The position numbers and the translations under genes were made by a program. Of a stretch of DNA of 64,000 nucleotides, positions 24,061 through 35,654 are shown in pieces; position 1 is the first letter of the stretch; each line of letters opens with the position of its first letter. The notes beneath the pieces were generated by a model. It had not been told where the DNA came from. It searched no databases and worked only from the letters and a program-made list of their open reading frames with translations. The stretch is from the NCBI RefSeq assembly GCF_003790525.1, contig NZ_CP033635.1; one strand, written 5' to 3'. The stretch comes from Escherichia coli (GTDB lineage: Bacteria; Pseudomonadota; Gammaproteobacteria; Enterobacterales; Enterobacteriaceae).

Positions 24061-25650
24061 TTAATGCTCGCGGGTCTGGTGGAACTGAACGTCCGGATAA
24101 CGTTCCTGCGCCAGGCGCAGGTTGACCATGCTGGTAGCGATGTAAGCGAGGTTATCGCCGCCATCAAGCGCCAGTTGGCTTTCGTTCTTACGCTTGAACT
24201 CTTCGAATTTCTTCGCGTCCGCACATTCTACCCAGCGGGCAGTGGCAACGTTGACTGACTCATACACTGCTTCAACGTTGTATTCGCTCTTCAGGCGCGC
24301 TACCACCACATCAAACTGCAGCACACCAACTGCACCAACGATCAGGTCGTTGTTGGAGATCGGACGGAACACCTGCACCGCGCCCTCTTCGGAAAGCTGT
24401 ACCAGCCCTTTGAGCAGCTGTTTTTGCTTCAGCGGATCTTTCAGGCGGATACGACGGAACAGTTCTGGCGCGAAGTTCGGAATACCGGTGAACTTCATCA
24501 TCTCACCCTGGGTAAAGGTGTCGCCGATCTGAATGGTGCCGTGGTTGTGCAGACCAAGGATATCGCCAGGATACGCTTCTTCAACGTGCGAACGGTCACC
24601 CGCCATAAAGGTCAGCGCGTCGGAGATCACCACATCTTTCGCAGTACGCACCTGGCGCAGCTTCATGCCTTTTTCATATTTACCGGACACCACACGCATA
24701 AACGCCACGCGGTCGCGGTGTTTCGGGTCCATGTTGGCCTGAATTTTAAATACGAAGCCGGTAAATTTATCTTCGCTCGCCTCTACGGTACGGGTATCAG
24801 TCTGACGCGGCATCGGCGCTGGGGCCCACTCCACCAGGCCATCCAGCATATGATCAACGCCGAAGTTACCCAGCGCAGTACCAAAGAACACTGGAGTAAT
24901 TTCGCCCGCAAGGAACAATTCTTTGTCGAACTCGTTAGACGCGCCTTTCACCAGTTCCAGTTCGTCACGCAGTTGCTGTGCCAGATCTTCACCAACCGCA
25001 GCGTCGAGATCCGGGTTATTCAGCCCTTTAACAATGCGGACTTCCTGAATGGTGTGGCCTTTACCGCTCTGATAGAGATAGGTTTCATCTTTATAAAGGT
25101 GGTAAACGCCTTTAAACAGCTTGCCGCAGCCAATCGGCCAGGTGATCGGTGCGCAGCCGATTTTCAGCTCGTTCTCAACTTCATCGAGCAGTTCCATCGG
25201 GTCGCGGATATCACGGTCAAGTTTGTTCATAAAGGTGAGGATCGGCGTATCGCGCAGACGGGTAACTTCCATCAGCTTACGGGTACGATCTTCAACACCT
25301 TTTGCAGCGTCGATAACCATCAGGCAGCAGTCCACCGCCGTCAGGGTACGATAGGTATCTTCCGAGAAGTCTTCGTGCCCCGGGGTGTCGAGCAGGTTAA
25401 CCAGGCAATCGTGATACGGAAACTGCATCACAGAAGTAGTAATGGAGATCCCACGCTGCTTTTCCATCTCCATCCAGTCCGACTTAGCGTGCTGGTTGGA
25501 ACCACGGCCTTTTACTGTACCGGCGGTCTGAATGGCCTGTCCGAACAGCAGCACCTTCTCGGTGATGGTAGTTTTACCGGCGTCCGGGTGAGAAATAATG
25601 GCAAAAGTGCGGCGCTTCGCCACCTCTTGCAAATAAGGAGACAACGTCAT
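24061..25650 (-). CDS. prfC: Peptide chain release factor 3 (RF3)
   Basis: ORF track 24061..25677; conserved start [28 protein letters not shown] (GTPase G1 motif). Confidence 0.95.
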
Positions 25651-25740
25651 AATTCTTTCTTCTTGAGTAAGCGGCATCGCGCCGCGCTTGTTGAAAACGA
25701 AAAATTGCGGCTATTTTACCCATCAACGGGGGGGAGGCAA

Positions 25741-26418
25741 TCAGTGTTTACACAGGAGCTGCTCCAGTTCGTGCAACGAAGAAACGGTCCAGGTGGGCGC
25801 GATGCCTTCTGGTTGCTCGCGATTGTGCGCATTCAGCCAGCAGGTCGCAAGCCCGGCGTTGATGCCACCGAGAATATCGGACTCGGCAGTGTCGCCAACC
25901 ATCAGCACGCGTGAACGGTCAGGATTGCCCGCCTGTTCCAGCGCATAATCGAAAATTTTCTTATTCGGTTTGGCAACGCCAACTTCTTCGGAAATCACCA
26001 GCAAATCGAAATAATCACGCAGGCCCGTGCGTTCCAGACGCACCTGTTGCAAGGCGCTAAAACCGTTGGTGATGATGCCGATTTTGGCATTGCCACGAAT
26101 GGCGTTAAGCAGAGAAACCGCGCCCGGCAACGGCGTACAGATTTCCGCCATCGCATTAATAAAGGCCTCGTTGAGTTTACCTGGCTCGACGTTCAGCCGT
26201 TCGGCCCAGCTCTCAAAACGCCCGTGCTGAAGCTGTAATGAAGTGATCGCGCCGTTTTGATAATCTACCCACAGGGGCTTGTTAACGGCCTGATAGTCCT
26301 GAAAATCTTCAGCGGTAAAAGTGACGCTGTAATCAAGAAACATCCGCTGCAGTCCGGTGAACGAGTCAAAGGTAAACAGCGTTTCATCGGCATCAAAGAA
26401 AATCCAGTCCCACTTCAT
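25741..26418 (-). CDS. yjjG: HAD-family pyrimidine 5'-nucleotidase YjjG
   Basis: 225-aa [20 protein letters not shown] (HAD DxDxT motif). Confidence 0.9.
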   Translation of the reverse strand: MKWDWIFFDADETLFTFDSFTGLQRMFLDYSVTFTAEDFQDYQAVNKPLWVDYQNGAITSLQLQHGRFESWAERLNVEPGKLNEAFINAMAEICTPLPGAVSLLNAIRGNAKIGIITNGFSALQQVRLERTGLRDYFDLLVISEEVGVAKPNKKIFDYALEQAGNPDRSRVLMVGDTAESDILGGINAGLATCWLNAHNREQPEGIAPTWTVSSLHELEQLLCKH

Positions 26419-26432
26419 TATTCCACCTTGTC

Positions 26433-26879
26433 TTACATACTGATTGGCAACGCCATGATGATGGCGTCTTCGCGACCGTCCGTGGTGGGGTAGTAATTGC
26501 GGCGAATTGTCGCCTCGTTAAAGCCTAAACTTTCGTACAGGGCAATGGCGGCAGCGTTTGAAGCACGGACTTCCAGCCATAGCGTCGCCACGCCGCGTTT
26601 TTCCAGTTCGTCGATCAGATGTTCCAGCAGCGCCCTTCCCAATCCCTGACGCTGATAGTCAGGATCGACCGCAATATTGAACAATGTAGCTTCATCCAGC
26701 ACCACTTGCGTAATCGCAAACGCCGCCATTTTGCCGTTTTGCGTTAACTGAAAGTTGAGATAACGCTCGCCCTGATTACTGGCAAAGGTTTTTTCACTCC
26801 ACGGAAAGGCGTGGGCGCGTTGTTCAATGTGGTAAGCCGCTGGTAAATCAGTCGTTTCGAGGGAAGAAATCGTGTTCAT
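26433..26879 (-). CDS. rimI: Ribosomal protein S18 alanine N-acetyltransferase RimI
   Basis: 148-aa GNAT ORF with motif [14 protein letters not shown]. Confidence 0.9.
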   Translation of the reverse strand: MNTISSLETTDLPAAYHIEQRAHAFPWSEKTFASNQGERYLNFQLTQNGKMAAFAITQVVLDEATLFNIAVDPDYQRQGLGRALLEHLIDELEKRGVATLWLEVRASNAAAIALYESLGFNEATIRRNYYPTTDGREDAIIMALPISM

Positions 26880-27261
26880 ATGCGCAAATTTGTTGCCATA
26901 ACGCGGCGCGTGCCGTTGGGTTTGCCCGTAATTCGGTGAGCGCCGGTGATGCCACCTGAGCGCCTTCCAGTGATAGCGGTTCGTCAGTACCCAACCGCCA
27001 GCTGTTGCAGCGACTGCCTTGCGGCAGCATCGCGATTTTTTCTGGCGTCAGTTGCAGCACTTGATCGGGGCTGACGGTTAATGCGCGCAGAACATCGCTC
27101 ACTAAAGGATCAGTCAGGGCGGGAAGATCGTTTGCCACCATCACCAGACGGACGTGTGCCGGGATCGCAATGGCAATCTCCCCCTGCAACGCGCCAGGGC
27201 GACGCAGCGACCACTGGGTAATGCCCAGTTGCTGTAACTGCCAGTCTCGTCGGGATGTCAT
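26848..27261 (-). CDS. holD: DNA polymerase III psi subunit HolD
   Basis: 137-aa ORF MTSRRDWQLQQLGITQWSLRRPGALQGEIAI; overlaps rimI start. Confidence 0.9.
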   Translation of the reverse strand: MTSRRDWQLQQLGITQWSLRRPGALQGEIAIAIPAHVRLVMVANDLPALTDPLVSDVLRALTVSPDQVLQLTPEKIAMLPQGSRCNSWRLGTDEPLSLEGAQVASPALTELRANPTARAALWQQICAYEHDFFPRND

Positions 27262-27363
27262 AGCGAATCGCTCCTGTTGTCAGGGGCGCAAATATAGCAA
27301 ATTCGTCGATACCGCGCCAACATATGGCTATAATCGCCGCCAGTATCAATTGAGGAGCATTCC

Positions 27364-28395
27364 ATGTCTGCATTTACCCCGGCAAGTGAAGTCTTGCTGC
27401 GTCACAGTGATGATTTCGAACAAAGCCGTATTCTGTTTGCCGGAGACTTACAGGATGACCTGCCCGCGCGTTTAGATACCGCGGCCAGCCATGCTCATAC
27501 CCAGCAATTCCACCACTGGCAGGTGTTAAGCCGCCAGATGGGGGATAACGCCCGTTTTAGTCTGGTCGCCACGGCGAATGATGTCGCAGATTGCGATACG
27601 CTGATTTACTACTGGCCGAAGAACAAACCGGAAGCCCAGTTCCAGTTGATGAATTTACTTTCTCTGCTGCCAGTGGGCACGGATATTTTTGTCGTTGGCG
27701 AGAACCGCAGCGGCGTGCGCAGCGCCGAGCAGATGCTTGCAGATTATGCACCGTTGAATAAGGTGGACAGCGCCCGTCGCTGTGGCCTCTATTTTGGTCG
27801 TCTGGAAAAACAGCCGGTATTTGATGCCAATAAATTCTGGGGCGAATATAACGTCGATGGCCTGACGGTCAAAACGCTGCCTGGCGTGTTTAGCCGCGAC
27901 GGTCTGGATGTCGGTAGCCAGTTGCTGCTCTCGACGTTAACCCCGCACACGAAAGGTAAAGTGCTGGATGTCGGCTGTGGCGCGGGCGTACTTTCGGTTG
28001 CCTTTGCGCGCCACTCACCGAAGATTCGTCTCACGTTGTGCGATGTTTCTGCGCCAGCAGTTGAAGCCAGCCGTGCAACACTTGCGGCCAACGGTATTGA
28101 AGGTGAAGTCTTTGCCAGCAACGTCTTTTCTGAGGTGAAAGGTCGTTTTGATATGATCATCTCCAACCCGCCGTTCCACGATGGGATGCAAACCAGCCTC
28201 GATGCGGCGCAAACGCTGATTCGCGGCGCGGTGCGTCATCTTAATAGCGGCGGCGAGCTGCGAATTGTAGCGAACGCCTTCCTGCCTTACCCGGACGTGC
28301 TGGATGAGACATTTGGCTTCCACGAAGTGATCGCGCAAACCGGGCGCTTCAAGGTGTATCGCGCCATTATGACCCGCCAGGCGAAGAAAGGTTGA
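27364..28395 (+). CDS. rsmC: 16S rRNA m2G1207 methyltransferase RsmC
   Basis: 343-aa ORF with SAM motif [11 protein letters not shown] and NPPFH. Confidence 0.9.
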   Translation: MSAFTPASEVLLRHSDDFEQSRILFAGDLQDDLPARLDTAASHAHTQQFHHWQVLSRQMGDNARFSLVATANDVADCDTLIYYWPKNKPEAQFQLMNLLSLLPVGTDIFVVGENRSGVRSAEQMLADYAPLNKVDSARRCGLYFGRLEKQPVFDANKFWGEYNVDGLTVKTLPGVFSRDGLDVGSQLLLSTLTPHTKGKVLDVGCGAGVLSVAFARHSPKIRLTLCDVSAPAVEASRATLAANGIEGEVFASNVFSEVKGRFDMIISNPPFHDGMQTSLDAAQTLIRGAVRHLNSGGELRIVANAFLPYPDVLDETFGFHEVIAQTGRFKVYRAIMTRQAKKG

Positions 28396-28413
28396 GTATC
28401 CCGCCGCAAGCCT

Positions 28414-28565
<152 letters not shown>

Positions 28566-28695
28566 TGCACGTTAGTTTCCTGATGGACATTTTTCCAGCA
28601 ATTACACCTCCGGCGATAATTAACTATTGACGAAAAGCTGAAAACCACTAGAATGCGCCTCCGTGGTAGCAATTCTTTTTAAGAATTGATGGTAT

Positions 28696-28781
28696 GCGAA
28701 GGTGGCGGAATTGGTAGACGCGCTAGCTTCAGGTGTTAGTGTCCTTACGGACGTGGGGGTTCAAGTCCCCCCCTCGCACCA
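28696..28781 (+). tRNA. leuQ: tRNA-Leu (anticodon CAG), copy 1; 86 nt, one C shorter in the 3' C-run than the other copies
   Basis: GCGAAGGTGGCGGAATTGGTAGACGCGCTAGCTTCAGGTGTTAGTGTCCTTACGGACGTGGGGGTTCAAGTCCCCCCC-TCGCACCA. Confidence 0.9.
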
Positions 28782-28809
28782 AAAACCACGTTGATATTGC
28801 TCGCACTGG

Positions 28810-28896
28810 GCGAAGGTGGCGGAATTGGTAGACGCGCTAGCTTCAGGTGTTAGTGTTCTTACGGACGTGGGGGTTCAAGTCCCCCCCCTCGCACCA
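28810..28896 (+). tRNA. leuP: tRNA-Leu (anticodon CAG), copy 2; variable-arm variant GTTCTT instead of GTCCTT
   Basis: 87-nt tRNA-Leu sequence ending in CCA; one-base difference to copy 3 in the variable arm. Confidence 0.9.
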
Positions 28897-28930
28897 AACG
28901 AGGCGATATCAAAAAAAGTAAGATGACTGT

Positions 28931-29017
28931 GCGAAGGTGGCGGAATTGGTAGACGCGCTAGCTTCAGGTGTTAGTGTCCTTACGGACGTGGGGGTTCAAG
29001 TCCCCCCCCTCGCACCA
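28931..29017 (+). tRNA. leuV: tRNA-Leu (anticodon CAG), copy 3
   Basis: 87-nt canonical tRNA-Leu(CAG) sequence with encoded CCA end. Confidence 0.92.
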
Positions 29018-29055
29018 ATTATCTTTACTTCCTTTCTTGTTGCTTCCCTGTTTTA

Positions 29056-29292
29056 TCATCCCTGCTTCAAATTCATTATCATCAGCATGATGCCAGCAAT
29101 AAGCGCCAGGCACGATGGCAGCAAAACGTAATGCCGCAACTGTTTGTGATACAGCATCACCGGCGTCAATACTAATCCCATCAGAATGATAATCCGCCAT
29201 TGATCCGGCGATAAATCCGCATACATCAGCCCTGCAATCAGCAATCCCGGCAGCAACACTCCCCAGCCACTGCCCAGCGTACGTTGCAACAT
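29056..29292 (-). CDS. yjjZ: Small membrane protein YjjZ (Fur-regulated)
   Basis: ORF track 29056..29403; conserved 78-aa product starts MLQRTLGSGWGVLLPGLLIAGLMYADL. Confidence 0.75.
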   Translation of the reverse strand: MLQRTLGSGWGVLLPGLLIAGLMYADLSPDQWRIIILMGLVLTPVMLYHKQLRHYVLLPSCLALIAGIMLMIMNLKQG

Positions 29293-29310
29293 GGTTTCAT
29301 CTCTTTCATT

Positions 29311-29349
29311 GATAATGATAACTAATATCATATGATAATTTTTATCATT
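29311..29349. promoter_or_regulatory. Fur boxes in the divergent yjjZ/fhuF promoter region
   Basis: GATAATGATAACTAATATC followed by TGATAATTTTTATCATT; close match to Fur consensus GATAATGATAATCATTATC. Confidence 0.65.
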
Positions 29350-29432
29350 TGCAAGCCAGAGAAATCCCTTGCTATCGGGTAAACCTATCGCTAGGATTAG
29401 CAATCATTATCATTTAGATTACTATCGCGATT

Positions 29433-30221
29433 ATGGCCTATCGTTCCGCACCGCTCTATGAAGATGTTATCTGGCGAACGCATCTCCAGCCGCAGGATGC
29501 TGGGCTTGCACAAGCCGTACGGGCGACGATCGCCGAACATCGTGAACATTTGCTGGAGTTTATCCGCCTGGATGAACCCGCTCCGCTTAACGCCATGACG
29601 CTGGCGCAATGGTCATCACCGAATGCGCTAAGTTCTCTACTCGCGGTCTATTCCGATCATATCTATCGCAACCAACCTTTGATGATCCGCGAGAACAAAC
29701 CGCTGATCTCACTATGGGCACAATGGTATATCGGCCTGATGGTGCCACCATTAATGTTGGCGCTGCTGACGCAGGAAAAAGCATTAGATGTGTCGCCGGA
29801 ACATTTCCACGTTGAGTTTCACGAAACCGGACGCGCCGCCTGTTTCTGGGTCGATGTGTGTGAAGATAAAAACGCAACACCACATTCGCCGCAGCAGCGA
29901 ATGGAAACGTTAATCAGCCAGGCGCTGGTTCCGGTTGTGCAGGCATTAGAAGCGACGGGAGAGATCAACGGCAAACTTATCTGGAGTAATACCGGTTATT
30001 TGATCAACTGGTATCTCACTGAGATGAAGCAGCTGCTTGGCGAGGCGACGGTTGAATCGCTGCGCCATGCCCTCTTTTTTGAGAAAATGCTCACGAACGG
30101 TGAAGATAATCCACTCTGGCGTACCGTGGTACTGCGCGACGGCCTGCTGGTGCGCCGGACCTGCTGCCAGCGTTATCGCTTACCGGATGTGCAGCAATGT
30201 GGTGACTGTACGCTGAAATAG
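29433..30221 (+). CDS. fhuF: Ferric siderophore reductase FhuF (2Fe-2S)
   Basis: 262-aa ORF with C-terminal C-C-x10-C-x2-C cluster (RRTCCQRYRLPDVQQCGDCTLK). Confidence 0.95.
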   Translation: MAYRSAPLYEDVIWRTHLQPQDAGLAQAVRATIAEHREHLLEFIRLDEPAPLNAMTLAQWSSPNALSSLLAVYSDHIYRNQPLMIRENKPLISLWAQWYIGLMVPPLMLALLTQEKALDVSPEHFHVEFHETGRAACFWVDVCEDKNATPHSPQQRMETLISQALVPVVQALEATGEINGKLIWSNTGYLINWYLTEMKQLLGEATVESLRHALFFEKMLTNGEDNPLWRTVVLRDGLLVRRTCCQRYRLPDVQQCGDCTLK

Positions 30222-30259
30222 AAAAATTTGCCGGGGAAGTAAACCCGGCATTAAGCGTA

Positions 30260-30937
30260 TTAATAGGGGTGCAACACGTTACTTGCTTCGCAATGACGCA
30301 TACATAACAGAATGTCTGCGGCCTCCAACAACCCTGCATCAGAACTGACGCCCAGTTTCGACATCACATTAAATTTATGTGCACGGATCGTTTTGATATT
30401 GCGTTTAAGCTGCTCGGCAATTTGTGTCATTGAGTAGCCACGCGACATAAAGCGCAATATTTCTCTCTCCGTCGGGCTTAACGTCCGGCTTTGGTTAATG
30501 TACCACTGATTGTTCAGTCGATCGGTCGCCTGACGTACACCATTTAATGACAAAAAGAGTTCCTGATGAAAAATCTCCAGCGTTGACGCTTTACTTAATA
30601 CACCGTCCAGCGGTGATGGCGACAATGAACCAATCAGCCGAGCTTCAATATCATCATCCGCAATAACTAAACGCCGGGTACGCGGAAACTTAATCGCCAG
30701 TTCAGTCAGGCAGGATAATCCCTCTCTGCGCGCACTTCTCATGGCAGAAAAAGAAAAAATGACCGCCGCAAACGAGATCCGCGACATGGCATCCTGAAAT
30801 GACTCCTGACTGGTATAGGTATGGAGCTTATAAGGGTTACCCGCAAACTTTCTGAATAAACTCTCAATACCGATACTGCTCATGACGCATTTTTCTATGA
30901 GTGCGACATTTCTCTTCTTAATTCGGCTGTGTTCCAT
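30260..30937 (-). CDS. bglJ: LuxR-family transcriptional regulator BglJ
   Basis: 225-aa ORF with C-terminal LuxR HTH ([24 protein letters not shown]). Confidence 0.9.
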
Positions 30938-31620
30938 TCTGCGGCATCTCCATAAACAGAAGGCAAGTTAAGTTCTCTTGCACCCTGCGCGCTATTTATC
31001 CATGCATACATTTCAGCGTTGCTGTGAATTGCCAGTCGACGCATCGCACTGTTTTTTTGGGCGCTGATAGTTTTATTACTTTTCTTAAGCAATGAAGCTA
31101 TCTGGTTGATGCCCCATCCTTTACCTAATAGCCGCAGCACTTTGCGCTCTGAAAGAGTGAGAATGACGGAGCGATAGCTAAAATCATGAGTTTCAGTCAT
31201 TGCCGGAGAGGTCAGCATGGCGCTGATACGCTCTGCGTGCGTATTGCCGGAACGTACGGTCTTGACCAGATTCTCAATGGGTTCAACATCAGACAATAAC
31301 GTCGCCGTAGGGCACATAAGCAGTTCTACTGCCTGGGAATACCAGGAGCGTGACACCATGAAAACCCAGTGAATTTCCCGATATTGCGAGATTAAAGAAT
31401 AATAATGTTCACAAACAGAACGTGGATCTTCACTTTCACCGGCTAAATCAGCAATGACTAATCCGGAACGACGTAATTGTAATAAGGTAAGGTCCTCCGC
31501 AGAGGCGCTGGATATTATTTCATATTCAGGGAAGTGAGTCCTCATGACCTCTTTTAACCCTGCTTGCATAACAGGTATTTTACTGATAACAATTCCATTT
31601 TTGCAGCATCCTGGCAACAT
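30895..31620 (-). CDS. yjjQ: LuxR-family transcriptional regulator YjjQ
   Basis: 241-aa ORF with LuxR HTH ([22 protein letters not shown]); overlaps bglJ start. Confidence 0.9.
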
Positions 31621-32237
31621 ATTTCCTCCACATCCACTGTCTAAAAATCATGATGGTTTATTCAGGATATTCATTCCTTAAATGTTTCCAGCAAATTAAT
31701 AGATTAAGCGAATAAATTATCCTTAGCATTCACTTTCATATCAGCATACTCCTGCTGCACAACAACTCCACTGCATGTGTCAGAAGGTTAGCATCAAATG
31801 ATAACCTGGTGAAATAGCCTGGAGACATTTAAAATATCTACATTAAGTTGTTAGAAATACTTAATGAAAAACAGAATTCTCATTCACTTAATTTATAATT
31901 AACTGATATCCCTTCCCGCAGGATGCAAAATCACACAATCAATATTTATTCAATAAAATCTGATAGTTTTAACTTGTTAAAATTAAAAAACGCGCCCAGT
32001 TATCTTTTATCCTGATTCGTAAGGGCTAAACAATAAATTCATTATAGTGATAATATTCATGCGATAATTTGTTTGCGGCGAGAGATAATTCGCTTTTAAC
32101 ACCGAGCTTCTCCCGATAACCAGGATTAATCAGCGCAATTTTGATCTTAACCTGCCGCAAAACAACCGCGCTTCATGATACAAATGGATTCTCATTATCT
32201 GAACAATACGCAGCACGTCTATGACAAAGGGCGAGTT
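31621..32237. promoter_or_regulatory. AT-rich divergent yjjQ/yjjP intergenic control region
   Basis: About 600 bp of strongly AT-rich non-coding DNA between divergent genes; nucleoid-protein-silenced character is inferred. Confidence 0.4.
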
Positions 32238-33008
32238 ATGCAAACTGAGCAACAGCGAGCCGTAACACGGCTTTGTATCCAGTGTGGATTATTTCTTTTG
32301 CAACATGGTGCGGAAAGCGCGTTGGTTGATGAGCTTTCCTCACGACTGGGTCGGGCGTTGGGAATGGACAGCGTCGAAAGTTCTATCTCTTCGAACGCCA
32401 TAGTGCTGACAACTATTAAAGATGGGCAATGCCTGACATCTACACGTAAAAATCACGATCGCGGCATTAATATGCATGTGGTGACTGAAGTCCAGCACAT
32501 TGTGATTCTGGCGGAGCACCATCTGCTGGATTACAAAGGCGTAGAGAAACGATTTAGCCAAATTCAGCCATTACGTTACCCAAGATGGCTGGTAGCCTTA
32601 ATGGTTGGCCTTTCCTGCGCCTGTTTCTGTAAACTCAATAAAGGTGGCTGGGATGGTGCCGTCATCACCTTCTTTGCCAGTACGGCCGCGATGTATAACC
32701 GCCAGCTACTGGCACAACGTCATCTTCATCCACAGATCAACTTTTGCCTCACCGCTTTCGCCGCCACCACCATTTCCGGATTGCTTTTGCAACTTCCCAC
32801 TTTCAGCAATACCCCCACCATTGCGATGGCCGCCAGCGTTCTGCTGCTGGTGCCGGGCTTTCCGTTGATAAATGCCGTCGCCGATATGTTTAAAGGCCAC
32901 ATCAATACCGGACTGGCACGCTGGGCGATCGCCAGTCTGCTGACACTGGCTACCTGTGTCGGCGTAGTAATGGCACTGACGATTTGGGGGCTACGCGGAT
33001 GGGTGTGA
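32238..33008 (+). CDS. yjjP: Inner-membrane protein YjjP (ThrE family, DUF1212)
   Basis: ORF track 32175..33008; conserved start [30 protein letters not shown]. Confidence 0.85.
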
Positions 33009-33472
33009 TCGAATTTCTGTTAGCGTTGGCGCAGGATATGATCCTCGCCGCCATTCCAGCGGTCGGCTTTGCAATGGTGTTCAACGTTCCCGTGCGGGCG
33101 TTACGCTGGTGTGCGCTGCTTGGCTCGATAGGTCATGGTTCCCGAATGATCTTAATGACCAGCGGGTTGAATATTGAGTGGTCAACTTTTATGGCTTCTA
33201 TGCTGGTCGGCACCATTGGTATTCAATGGTCGCGCTGGTATCTGGCACATCCGAAAGTGTTTACCGTGGCGGCTGTTATCCCTATGTTCCCTGGCATATC
33301 AGCTTATACCGCAATGATTTCGGCGGTAAAAATCAGCCAGCTAGGTTACAGCGAACCGTTGATGATTACCCTGTTAACCAACTTTCTTACAGCTTCATCG
33401 ATTGTTGGTGCGTTATCCATCGGTCTTTCCATTCCTGGATTATGGTTGTACCGCAAGCGCCCTCGCGTATAA
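32999..33472 (+). CDS. yjjB: Inner-membrane protein YjjB (DUF3815)
   Basis: ORF track 32984..33472; conserved start [20 protein letters not shown]; overlaps yjjP end. Confidence 0.85.
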
Positions 33473-33578
33473 AATTGCCTCGCTTAAGCACACGGATGAG
33501 AGACAGCCTCCTCTCCTCCGTGTGTTACTATAAAAGTTATCTCCCTTCTCGTTCATCGTTCCATATTTGAGAAACAGT

Positions 33579-34118
33579 ATGTCTTCCAGAGTTTTGACCC
33601 CGGACGTCGTTGGTATTGACGCCCTGGTACACGATCACCAAACCGTTCTGGCAAAAGCTGAAGGCGGTGTGGTTGCCGTATTTGCTAACAATGCCCCGGC
33701 GTTTTATGCTGTCACGCCTGCACGCCTGGCTGAACTGCTGGCGCTGGAAGAAAAGCTGGCGCGTCCGGGAAGCGATGTCGCTCTGGACGATCAACTCTAT
33801 CAGGAACCGCAAGCCGCTCCCGTTGCTGTACCCATGGGGAAATTCGCCATGTATCCGGACTGGCAACCCGATGCCGACTTTATCCGCCTGGCGGCGCTAT
33901 GGGGCGTGGCGCTAAGAGAGCCGGTGACCACCGAAGAACTGGCCTCATTCATTGCCTACTGGCAGGCGGAAGGTAAAGTCTTTCACCATGTGCAGTGGCA
34001 ACAAAAACTGGCGCGCAGCCTGCAAATCGGCCGTGCCAGCAACGGCGGACTGCCGAAACGAGATGTGAATACGGTCAGTGAACCTGACAGCCAAATTCCA
34101 CCAGGATTCAGAGGGTAA
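33579..34118 (+). CDS. dnaT: Primosomal protein DnaT
   Basis: ORF track 33567..34118; conserved start [24 protein letters not shown]. Confidence 0.95.
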
Positions 34119-34120
34119 CG

Positions 34121-34858
34121 ATGAAAAACGTTGGCGACCTGATGCAACGCCTGCAAAAAATGATGCCTGCCCATATCAAACCTGCGTTCAAAACGGGTGA
34201 AGAACTACTGGCCTGGCAGAAAGAACAAGGAGCGATCCGCTCCGCCGCTCTCGAACGTGAAAATCGGGCGATGAAAATGCAGCGCACCTTTAACCGCTCC
34301 GGTATTCGTCCACTGCATCAGAACTGCTCCTTTGAGAACTATCGCGTTGAGTGTGAAGGGCAGATGAATGCGTTAAGCAAAGCGCGCCAGTATGTCGAAG
34401 AATTTGACGGCAACATCGCCAGCTTCATCTTTTCTGGCAAGCCCGGAACCGGCAAAAACCATCTGGCGGCGGCAATCTGCAACGAACTGCTGCTACGCGG
34501 TAAATCCGTATTGATCATCACCGTGGCTGATATTATGTCGGCGATGAAAGATACCTTCAGGAATAGCGGTACCAGCGAAGAACAACTGCTTAGCGATCTG
34601 AGCAACGTTGATCTGCTGGTGATCGATGAGATCGGCGTGCAGACCGAATCGAAATACGAAAAAGTGATCATCAACCAGATCGTCGATCGCCGCTCTTCTT
34701 CCAAACGCCCAACTGGGATGCTGACCAACAGTAATATGGAAGAGATGACCAAGTTGCTGGGCGAACGCGTGATGGACCGTATGCGCCTGGGTAACAGTTT
34801 GTGGGTGATCTTCAACTGGGATAGCTACCGTAGCCGGGTAACGGGTAAAGAGTATTAA
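34121..34858 (+). CDS. dnaC: Helicase loader DnaC
   Basis: 245-aa ORF with Walker A GKPGTGKNHLAAAI and Walker B LLVIDEIG. Confidence 0.95.
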   Translation: MKNVGDLMQRLQKMMPAHIKPAFKTGEELLAWQKEQGAIRSAALERENRAMKMQRTFNRSGIRPLHQNCSFENYRVECEGQMNALSKARQYVEEFDGNIASFIFSGKPGTGKNHLAAAICNELLLRGKSVLIITVADIMSAMKDTFRNSGTSEEQLLSDLSNVDLLVIDEIGVQTESKYEKVIINQIVDRRSSSKRPTGMLTNSNMEEMTKLLGERVMDRMRLGNSLWVIFNWDSYRSRVTGKEY

Positions 34859-34903
34859 TCCCCGTTTCTGGCGGTATACTGCGACACAATTCCACCTTGA
34901 GTA

Positions 34904-35401
34904 ATGATGATGAAAACTGTTAAACATCTTCTGTGCTGTGCCATTGCCGCCAGCGCATTAATTTCCACCGGGGTGCATGCTGCGTCCTGGAAAGATGCGC
35001 TCTCCAGCGCAGCCAGCGAACTTGGCAACCAAAACAGCACGACACAGGAAGGCGGTTGGTCGCTCGCTTCATTAACTAGCTTGCTTAGCAGCGGGAACCA
35101 GGCCTTAAGCGCAGATAACATGAACAATGCCGCAGGCATACTGCAATACTGCGCGAAGCAGAAGTTGGCTTCGGTAACCGATGCCGAAAACATCAAGAAT
35201 CAGGTACTGGAAAAACTGGGCCTGAACAGTGAAGAGCAAAAAGAAGACACCAACTATCTGGATGGCATTCAGGGTTTGCTGAAAACCAAAGATGGTCAGC
35301 AACTCAATCTGGATAATATTGGAACGACTCCGCTGGCAGAAAAGGTGAAAACCAAAGCCTGCGATCTGGTGTTAAAGCAGGGGCTGAACTTCATTTCCTG
35401 A
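34904..35401 (+). CDS. yjjA: Secreted protein YjjA (DUF2501)
   Basis: 165-aa ORF with signal peptide MMMKTVKHLLCCAIAASALISTGVHA; exact start Met uncertain. Confidence 0.8.
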   Translation: MMMKTVKHLLCCAIAASALISTGVHAASWKDALSSAASELGNQNSTTQEGGWSLASLTSLLSSGNQALSADNMNNAAGILQYCAKQKLASVTDAENIKNQVLEKLGLNSEEQKEDTNYLDGIQGLLKTKDGQQLNLDNIGTTPLAEKVKTKACDLVLKQGLNFIS

Positions 35402-35654
35402 ACCGCGAAACGCCGCGTTTTAGCTGTTACCCGGCTGACGCGGCTCTCTCCTGCCCTTTTCCCTGCTCCTGGACGGTTTTACCCCTGTTACACGGGAAGC
35501 GACCGTAATCAAAAAAGTCTGTTTATAAACTAATTCCTAACAACATCGCATTTTTTTGACACTAGAATTGCAGCAATATGGCGACGCCATTACATTGTGC
35601 TTTTCAAAAAGCTTAAACGTTGGCTAAACGGCCCGGTTTAGTGAGGATCGCCCG

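Noticed and set aside
24424-25914. 496-aa plus-strand ORF antisense to prfC and yjjG
   Set aside because: Overlaps conserved prfC on the opposite strand; translation is low complexity with no motif; spurious.
28696-29017. Three regularly spaced near-identical ~87-bp repeats considered as a possible CRISPR-like array
   Set aside because: Each repeat is a complete tRNA-Leu gene with cloverleaf-compatible sequence and CCA end; spacers are ordinary intergenic DNA; no cas genes.
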